The position numbers and the translations under genes are program-made. Positions 7,882-14,845 of a DNA stretch of 14,845 nt are shown here, one piece after another. Location: the NCBI GenBank assembly GCA_034440375.1, contig JAWXBZ010000033.1:1-14845 (forward strand), given 5' to 3'. The notes beneath the pieces are model-generated. The model was not told the origin of the DNA and searched no databases. It saw only the letters and a list, made by a program, of their open reading frames with translations. The stretch's first letter is position 1; every line of letters starts with the position of its first letter. This DNA comes from Candidatus Eiseniibacteriota bacterium (lineage in GTDB: Bacteria; Eisenbacteria; RBG-16-71-46; JABDJR01; JAWXBZ01).

Positions 7882-8979
7882 ATGAAGATGTTCGAGGCTC
7901 GGTGGGCGTGGATGGGTGTGGCAGTTGTGCTGCTGGGACTTGGGGTTGCCGGGTGTGGTGGCAAGGAGAAGACAAAAGGGAGCGACCAGGCGAATACCGG
8001 ATCATCCGCGGCTCCGGCGGTTGACGGTGGTACGGGAGCCAGGCCCGGCGGAAAACGGCTTCTCGTTGGATTGATACTGGACAAGGGTGGGAGGGACGAC
8101 AAGTCGTTCAACTCGGCCGCCTTCGCCGGCGCCACCCAGGCGCAAAACGAGGGGGGCGTCACGCTCAAGGATATCGAGACGATGGACGACGCCATGTTCG
8201 AGCCGTCCATCCGTTCCTTCGCCGAGCGCGGTTATGACCTGATCATCGGCATCGGATTTGCCCAGCGGGAGCCGATCGAGCGGGCGGCCCGGGATTTTCC
8301 GAAGGTCCACTTCGCCATTGTCGATGCCCGCGTCGACCTGCCTAATGTGGCGTCACTCCTGTTCGATGAACACGAAGGGTCGTTCCTGGTCGGCGCCATC
8401 GCTGCGGCCACCTCCGAGTCAGGTACGGTCGGTTTCGTCGGGGGGATGGATACGCCGCTGATCCGCCGATTCGAGATGGGTTACGAGGCGGGTGCACGCG
8501 CCGTCCGGCCGGATGTCAAGGTTTTCTCCAATTTCGTCGGCGTCACCTCGGATGCCTGGAACAACCCGACCCGGGGCAAGGAGCTGGCGGCCACCCAGTA
8601 CCGGCGCGGTGTCGATGTCATTTTCGCGGCGGCCGGCGCCTCCGGGCTCGGCGTCTTCGACGCGGCCGAGGAGATGGATCGCTTTGTCATCGGTGTTGAC
8701 GCCAACCAGAACTGGATCAAGCCCGGTTTCGTGCTGACATCCATGTTGAAGCGGGTCGACAAGGCCGTGTACCAGGCCATCCGCGACGCGGTGGCCGGGA
8801 ACTTCCAGGGGGGCCTCAAGGAGTTTGGACTGGCGAACGAGGGGATCGATTACGCCCTCGATGAGCACAACGAGGCCATCCTGACGCCGGGCGTTCAGGC
8901 CGTCGCCGACAGCCTGAAGAAGGAGATCCTGGCCGGCCGCATCACGGTTCCCGACTACTATTTACAGGAAAAACCGTGA
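7882..8979 (+). CDS. BMP-family ABC substrate-binding lipoprotein (PnrA/TmpC-like, probably purine nucleoside)
   Basis: Lipobox VAGC; GGRDDKSFNSAA, YDLIIGIGF, FAIVD, F.EHEGSFLVG, GFVGGM, DVIFAAAG, IGVDANQ, VLTSMLKRVD. GGAGG SD before ATG 7882 (alternative start 7864). Confidence 0.92.
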   Translation: MKMFEARWAWMGVAVVLLGLGVAGCGGKEKTKGSDQANTGSSAAPAVDGGTGARPGGKRLLVGLILDKGGRDDKSFNSAAFAGATQAQNEGGVTLKDIETMDDAMFEPSIRSFAERGYDLIIGIGFAQREPIERAARDFPKVHFAIVDARVDLPNVASLLFDEHEGSFLVGAIAAATSESGTVGFVGGMDTPLIRRFEMGYEAGARAVRPDVKVFSNFVGVTSDAWNNPTRGKELAATQYRRGVDVIFAAAGASGLGVFDAAEEMDRFVIGVDANQNWIKPGFVLTSMLKRVDKAVYQAIRDAVAGNFQGGLKEFGLANEGIDYALDEHNEAILTPGVQAVADSLKKEILAGRITVPDYYLQEKP

Positions 8980-8987
8980 GGCAGCCA

Positions 8988-9021
8988 CGCGTCCGGACCC
9001 CTCGATGAGGTCCCGGGCGCG
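8988..9021 (+). other. Intercistronic hairpin between binding-protein and ATPase genes
   Basis: CGCGTCCGG (8988-8996) pairs with CCGGGCGCG (9013-9021); inner CCTC-GAT-GAGG includes the SD-like GAGG; ends immediately before TTG 9022. Confidence 0.5.
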
Positions 9022-10544
<1,523 letters not shown>

Positions 10545-10548
<4 letters not shown>

Positions 10549-11576
10549 CGCGATTGTTCCGGGCACTCGCCTGGCCGCTCATCGCGGTCCTTGTGGGGCT
10601 CGGTGCGGCGGCCCTCCTGGCCGGCCTTGCCGGCGAGAATCCACTCAACGTGCTGGCCATCCTCGCGCGATCGGCATTCGGTTCTTCGTTCGGCTTCGGC
10701 TATACGCTCTATTACGCCACGCCGCTGCTCCTGGCCGGGCTGGCCGTGGCGCTGCCGTACCGGGCTGGCCTCTTCAACATTGGTGCGGAGGGGCAGTTGC
10801 TTGTCGGCTCGGCGGCGGTGGCCGCGGTCGGCACCATGGCCGTTGGCCTTCCGGCGCTGCTTGCGGTGCCGCTTGGCATGCTGGCGGCCGCCATGGCTGG
10901 CGGGGCGTGGGGACTCCTGGCCGGCTGGCTCCGCGCGAAGCGGGGTGCCCACGAAGTCATCGTCACGATTCTCCTCAACATCATCGCTGCAGCGCTGGTC
11001 AACTGGATCATCCTGTCGCTGCTCAAGGACCCGGCCAGCCAGGTGGCGGAATCACGCCCCATCGGCGATGGCTTTCGGTTGACCGGCCGCCTGGTTAATG
11101 GGACGCCGGCCAACGTCATGTTTCTGGTCGGCGTTGGCCTGGCGGTGCTCGCGGAGTGGCTCCTGGTCCGGAGCGTGTTTGGGTTCGAGATCCGGGCCAC
11201 CGGACTCGGCGCCGCCGCCGCCCGCGCGCAGGGAATTCCCGAGGCCCGGGTTCTCATGCTCACGATGGCATTGGCCGGCGGGTTGGCAGGGCTGATCGGG
11301 GTGAATGAAGTGATGGGGCAGGCCTGGCGCTTGAAGGACGGATTCTCGCCCGGATATGGCTACACCGGCATCGCCGTGGCGCTCCTCGGCCGGGGTCATC
11401 CGCTTGGCGTGGTGCCGGCGGCACTTTTTTTCGGTGCGCTGCACAAGGGGGCGGCCGATCTCGACATCGACACGGTCCATGTCAGTCGTGACCTGGCGCA
11501 GGTGATGCAGGCGATCGTGATCCTGGTCGTGGCCGTCGAGGCCGGCCTCTCATGGCGGAAGGGGAGGGGTCAATGA
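10545..11576 (+). CDS. Nucleoside-type ABC permease (BPD_transp_2)
   Basis: TPLLLAGLAVA..RAGLFNIGAEGQ, GAHEVIVTILLN, GYGYTGIAVALLG; GTGA overlap with the ATPase stop. Confidence 0.92.
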
Positions 11577-12529
11577 GCGACACGCTGGACCTCCTCGTGA
11601 CGCTGGCCGCCTCCAGTCTCCGCCTGGCCACGCCGCTGGTCTTCGCGGCGATGGGAGGACTTCTCTGCGAACGGGCCGGTGTTGTCAACATTGCGCTCGA
11701 GGGATTGCTTCTGACCGGCGCGTTCGCCGCGGCGGTGGCCGCGCACGCGACAGGCTCTCCATGGATCGGCCTGGCCGCCGGCATCCTGGCGGGCTCCCTC
11801 GTCGGCCTTCTCCATGCCCTCGTGACGGTGAGGGGGCGCGCCAACCACATCGTCAGCGGCACGGCGATCAACATTCTGGTGGTCGGCCTCACCGCGGTCC
11901 TCGCCCGGGCTCTTTACGGCGTCAGCAGTTCGACGCCGACATTGCCGCGCTCGGCCCGTTTCGCCGAGTTCGAGTGGCCGGTTGTTTCGGACTGGCCGGT
12001 CGTGGGTCCGCTGCTGTTTCAGCACATTCCACTGGTCTACCTGGCTCCGGCCGTCGCGATCCTCCTGTCGATCGTGCTGGCGAAGACCCGCGCCGGCCTC
12101 CGATTGATCGCCGTCGGCGAAGCGCCGGACGCGGCCCGCTCGGCCGGCCTGTCCGTGATCCGGGTCCGTATCGTCGCCGTCGTCGCCGGGTCGGCCATCG
12201 CCGCGATCGGCGGTGTATTCCTGGCGATCGGTCATGGCTCGGCCTTCGCCCGGAACATGTCGGCCGGCCGGGGTTTCATCGCGCTGGCGGCGCTGATTCT
12301 CGGCCAGTGGAAGCCGATCCCGGTTCTGTTCACCGCGCTGTTCTTCGGAATGGCCGACGCCCTCGGCATCATCCTCCAGGGGGTCACTGTCCCCGGTGTC
12401 GGTACCCTGCCGGTCCAGTTCGTAACGATGATCCCGTACGTTCTGACACTGCTGCTCCTGGCGGGCGTGACTGGCCGCTCGCACCCCCCCGGGGCCCTCG
12501 GCCGCCCGTGGCCGGGGGAGCACTCATGA
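11573..12529 (+). CDS. Nucleoside-type ABC permease, second subunit
   Basis: ATPLVFAAMGG..ERAGVVNIALEG, NHIVSGTAIN, GLRLIAVGE, AGRGFIALAALILGQWKP, PYVLT, PGALGRP; GGAGG SD and ATGA overlap. Confidence 0.92.
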   Translation: MSDTLDLLVTLAASSLRLATPLVFAAMGGLLCERAGVVNIALEGLLLTGAFAAAVAAHATGSPWIGLAAGILAGSLVGLLHALVTVRGRANHIVSGTAINILVVGLTAVLARALYGVSSSTPTLPRSARFAEFEWPVVSDWPVVGPLLFQHIPLVYLAPAVAILLSIVLAKTRAGLRLIAVGEAPDAARSAGLSVIRVRIVAVVAGSAIAAIGGVFLAIGHGSAFARNMSAGRGFIALAALILGQWKPIPVLFTALFFGMADALGIILQGVTVPGVGTLPVQFVTMIPYVLTLLLLAGVTGRSHPPGALGRPWPGEHS

Positions 12530-12544
12530 AGTAGAGTGTGACCC

Positions 12545-12583
12545 ATGAGATTCCTCCTTGCGATGCTTCGGATCTGTCCATGA
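12545..12583 (+). other. Candidate leaderless 12-aa upstream ORF (MRFLLAMLRICP) overlapping the aroC start
   Basis: TAGAGT (12532-12537), 7 nt, ATG 12545; its TGA 12581-12583 overlaps aroC ATG 12580 (ATGA). Confidence 0.35.
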
Positions 12584-13767
12584 GATTTCTGACCGCCGGT
12601 GAAAGCCATGGCCCCACGCTGGTCGGAATCCTCGAGGGCATGCCCGCGGGTCTTACGATCGATATCTCCCGGATGCAGTCGGATCTGGATCGCCGCCGTT
12701 CCGGTTACGGCCGCGGCGCGCGGACGACGAAGATCGAGAGCGACACGGTGCAGATCGTGTCAGGGGTGCGGGGCGGGGTGACGCTGGGGAGTCCGATCGC
12801 GCTGTTGATCGAGAACAAGGACTGGAAGAACTGGAAATCGGTCATGAGTCCCATCGGCAAGGCGGCCGGTCGAGAGGTGTACCGGCCACGACCAGGTCAT
12901 GCGGACCTGGCCGGGGGATTGAAATACGGATTCACCGATCTTCGAAATGCCCTCGAGCGGGCCAGCGCGCGGGAGACGGCCATGCGGGTGGCGCTCGGTA
13001 GTCTTGCCCGACAGTATCTCGACATCTTCGGCGTCGATATCCTGAGTCATGTCATCCAGCTCGGCGGCATCGAGGCGAAGCCGGCCGTCGCGACGACCGG
13101 CGCACTTCCAGGCGTTCTGGCCCGGTTGCGCCGCGAGGTCGAAGCCTCGCCGGTTCGGACCGCCGACCTTTCCGCCGGGCGACGAATGGTGGCGCGCATC
13201 GAGGCGGCCAGGATCGCCGGCGATACACTCGGCGGCGTCTTCGAGGTGCTGGTCACGGGCCTATTGCCCGGCCTCGGCGCCCACGCCCAGTGGGATCGAA
13301 AACTGGACGGCCGTCTCGCCGCCGGCCTGATGTCGATTCCGGCCATCAAGGGCGTCGAGATCGGCCTCGGATTCGCCGCCAGTCAAAAGCTGGGCACCGA
13401 GGTACACGACCCGATCCTGCCGGCCGCCGGGAAGGGTTCCGCCACCCGCTATCGTCGCGCGACCAACAACGCCGGCGGCCTGGAAGGGGGCGTGACAAAT
13501 GGTGAGCCACTCGTGCTGCGCGCGGCCATGAAGCCGATCTCGACCACAATGAAGGGCCTGCCGTCGGTCGACATCCGAACCGGCAAACCGGAAACATCCT
13601 CGGTCGAGCGCTCGGATGTCTGCGCCCTCCCGGCAGCCGGCGTCGTCGGCGAAGCCGTCGTGGCCCTCACCCTGGCCGACGCCTGGGCCGAGAAGTTCGG
13701 CGGCGACACGATGGACGACACGCGCGCGGCGGTTGTGGCTTTCGGCAAGCTGTTGAAGAAGCGATAG
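12580..13767 (+). CDS. aroC: Chorismate synthase
   Basis: MRFLTAGESHG, RPRPGHADL, ERASARETA, GDTLGG, SIPAIKGVEIG, TNNAGGLEGG, MKPIST, ERSDVCA. Confidence 0.97.
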   Translation: MRFLTAGESHGPTLVGILEGMPAGLTIDISRMQSDLDRRRSGYGRGARTTKIESDTVQIVSGVRGGVTLGSPIALLIENKDWKNWKSVMSPIGKAAGREVYRPRPGHADLAGGLKYGFTDLRNALERASARETAMRVALGSLARQYLDIFGVDILSHVIQLGGIEAKPAVATTGALPGVLARLRREVEASPVRTADLSAGRRMVARIEAARIAGDTLGGVFEVLVTGLLPGLGAHAQWDRKLDGRLAAGLMSIPAIKGVEIGLGFAASQKLGTEVHDPILPAAGKGSATRYRRATNNAGGLEGGVTNGEPLVLRAAMKPISTTMKGLPSVDIRTGKPETSSVERSDVCALPAAGVVGEAVVALTLADAWAEKFGGDTMDDTRAAVVAFGKLLKKR

Positions 13768-13787
13768 GTCACAGGGATCAGGTCGCC

Positions 13788-14262
13788 ATGTTCAAGCGGA
13801 ACCTGCCATTCGCCATTATTTCTGGCGCCCTGCTCGGCTGTGCGCCGACCCGAGCACCGGATCCCATTGATCGGCCGACTCCGTCGCAGGCAATCGTCCA
13901 TGAGGCGCTGCAGCACCAGCGTGGGCATGATCCCGTTTCGGGAACCGATCGACTGGAGGGAGATGCCGATCACGACGGACGCAAAACTCGTTGCCGAAAT
14001 CGAGGATCTCGCCGGGCGACTGACTCAAGCAGATGCTTTTTCGGGAGTAGTCGTACTGACGCGCGGCGGGGAGCCGCTGCTTCGACGGGCCTTCGGCCTT
14101 GCGGATCGCGGGGCGAAGCGAGTCAATACAATGGATACTCCATTCGAACTTGCGTCGGTCAGCAAGATGTTTACAGCGATGGCGGTGGCACAGCTCGCCG
14201 AGCAGGGCAAGCTCTCGTTCGACGCGACGATTGGCTCGTTGCTGCCGGACTACTCTGGCTAA
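13788..14262 (+). pseudogene. Frameshifted, truncated serine hydrolase (class C beta-lactamase/PBP-like family)
   Basis: Frame from 13788 gives a lipoprotein-like signal (MFKRNLPFAIISGALLGC). A different frame gives FSGVVVL..AFGLADR..NTMDTPFELASVSKMFTA..QLAEQGKLSFDATIGSLLPDY (SxxK), then stops at 14262 without the YxN or H(T/S)G motifs. Confidence 0.8.
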
Positions 14263-14316
14263 CCTGCCGATGCAGCGGCCGGCCTTCGGCCGCCGCTGAT
14301 CGGCGGCACATTAGGC
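14257..14316 (+). mobile_element. Integron gene-cassette attC site (59-be type), degenerate core
   Basis: 60 bp: R'' GGCTAAC (contains the upstream TAA stop), 5-nt spacer CTGCC, L'' GATGCAGC, central GGCCGGCC-TTC-GGCCGCC, L' GCTGATC, spacer GGCGGCAC, R' ATTAGGC (GTTRRRY with G>A). Two extrahelical bases; no U tract. Confidence 0.75.
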
Positions 14317-14344
14317 CTTCAACCACGCCGCTGGCTTGAAATCT

Positions 14345-14368
14345 CTGATATCAGCTACACTTATGGAC
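14345..14368 (+). promoter_or_regulatory. Putative promoter/operator of the TA cassette
   Basis: Perfect palindrome CTGATATCAG (14345-14354), TACACT (14356-14361), 7 nt, ATG 14369; no good -35 at canonical spacing. Confidence 0.4.
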
Positions 14369-14683
14369 ATGACGATGTCACTCACTCAGGAACAAACCAT
14401 CGCTCGCCTGGTAGCTGCAGAGCCCGAAATCCGTGCACTCGGAGTGCAACGGCTTGCCTTGTTTGGCTCCGTGCTGCGTGGGGATTCGACGCCCGCGAGC
14501 GATGTCGATCTACTGGTCCAGTTTGCCCCCGGGGCCAAGACGTTCGGCCGTTTTCTTGCGTTGTCTGAACTCCTTGAGGCCCGATTGGAACGGCGCGTCG
14601 ATCTCGTCACTGTGGAGGCGCTCTCCCCATTTATCGGTCCGCGAATTCTCGCGGAAGCTCAGGATGTTCTTCGAGCCGCGTGA
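14369..14683 (+). CDS. mntA: Minimal nucleotidyltransferase (MNT) antitoxin
   Basis: LALFGSVLRGDSTPASDVDLLV matches GSX10DXD exactly; RRVDLVT; about 104 aa; overlaps a HEPN gene. Alternative starts 14363 and 14375. Confidence 0.9.
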   Translation: MTMSLTQEQTIARLVAAEPEIRALGVQRLALFGSVLRGDSTPASDVDLLVQFAPGAKTFGRFLALSELLEARLERRVDLVTVEALSPFIGPRILAEAQDVLRAA

Positions 14684-14845
14684 CTACCTCCGTCACATCT
14701 TGGTCGAGGTAGACTATCTCATCGATCAGCAGGCGGGACTTAGTTACGAACGCTTCTCCATGGACGAAACGCTGCAGCGCGCTTTTGTTCGTAGCTTGAC
14801 GATAATTGGTGAGGCAGCCAAGAAAGTCCCAAGGCCCTTCAGGGC
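14664..14845 (+). CDS. hepT: HEPN/DUF86 (HepT-like) ribonuclease toxin, partial, runs off right edge
   Basis: Manual translation: MFFEPRDYLRHILVEVDYLIDQQAGLSYERFSMDETLQRAFVRSLTIIGEAAKKVPRPFR; the R.L.IIGEA motif is typical of DUF86; 20-nt overlap with the MNT gene. The RX4HXY motif would lie beyond the window. Confidence 0.85.
   Translation, partial: MFFEPRDYLRHILVEVDYLIDQQAGLSYERFSMDETLQRAFVRSLTIIGEAAKKVPRPFR

Noticed and set aside
8977..9021. UGA followed by a hairpin with the ATPase in frame (selenocysteine or readthrough)
   Set aside because: Would fuse an exported lipoprotein to a cytoplasmic ATPase; the BMP domain is already complete and the position is not Cys-like.
13750..13790. attI or cassette left boundary after aroC
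   Set aside because: No GTTRRRY or TTAGCC core was found; the left junction cannot be defined.
14264..14308. Reading the attC hairpin as an intrinsic terminator
   Set aside because: No U tract on either strand; the flanking TAAC/TTAGGC boxes and bulged bases fit attC better.

Overview
GC-rich bacterial window, mostly + strand. From the left: a minus-strand GT-C-fold membrane glycosyltransferase that runs off the left edge and is missing from the ORF track, then a divergent type IVa pilus assembly operon pilMNOPQ closed by hairpins and a terminator. Next comes a second unit (Nudt19-like NUDIX/LACTB2-like metallo-beta-lactamase fusion, BMP-family lipoprotein, CUT2 ABC ATPase, two permeases: a nucleoside-type importer), then chorismate synthase aroC preceded by a tiny, apparently leaderless ORF. 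The end is accessory-looking: a broken serine-hydrolase gene, a 60-bp integron attC-like site with a mutated core, and an MNT-HEPN (MntA/HepT-type) toxin-antitoxin pair running off the right edge. Most notable: integron cassette remnants with no integrase in view, a nucleotide-scavenging module between pilQ and aroC, and a candidate pilus-linked glycosyltransferase. All calls come from manual motif reading; no searches were run.
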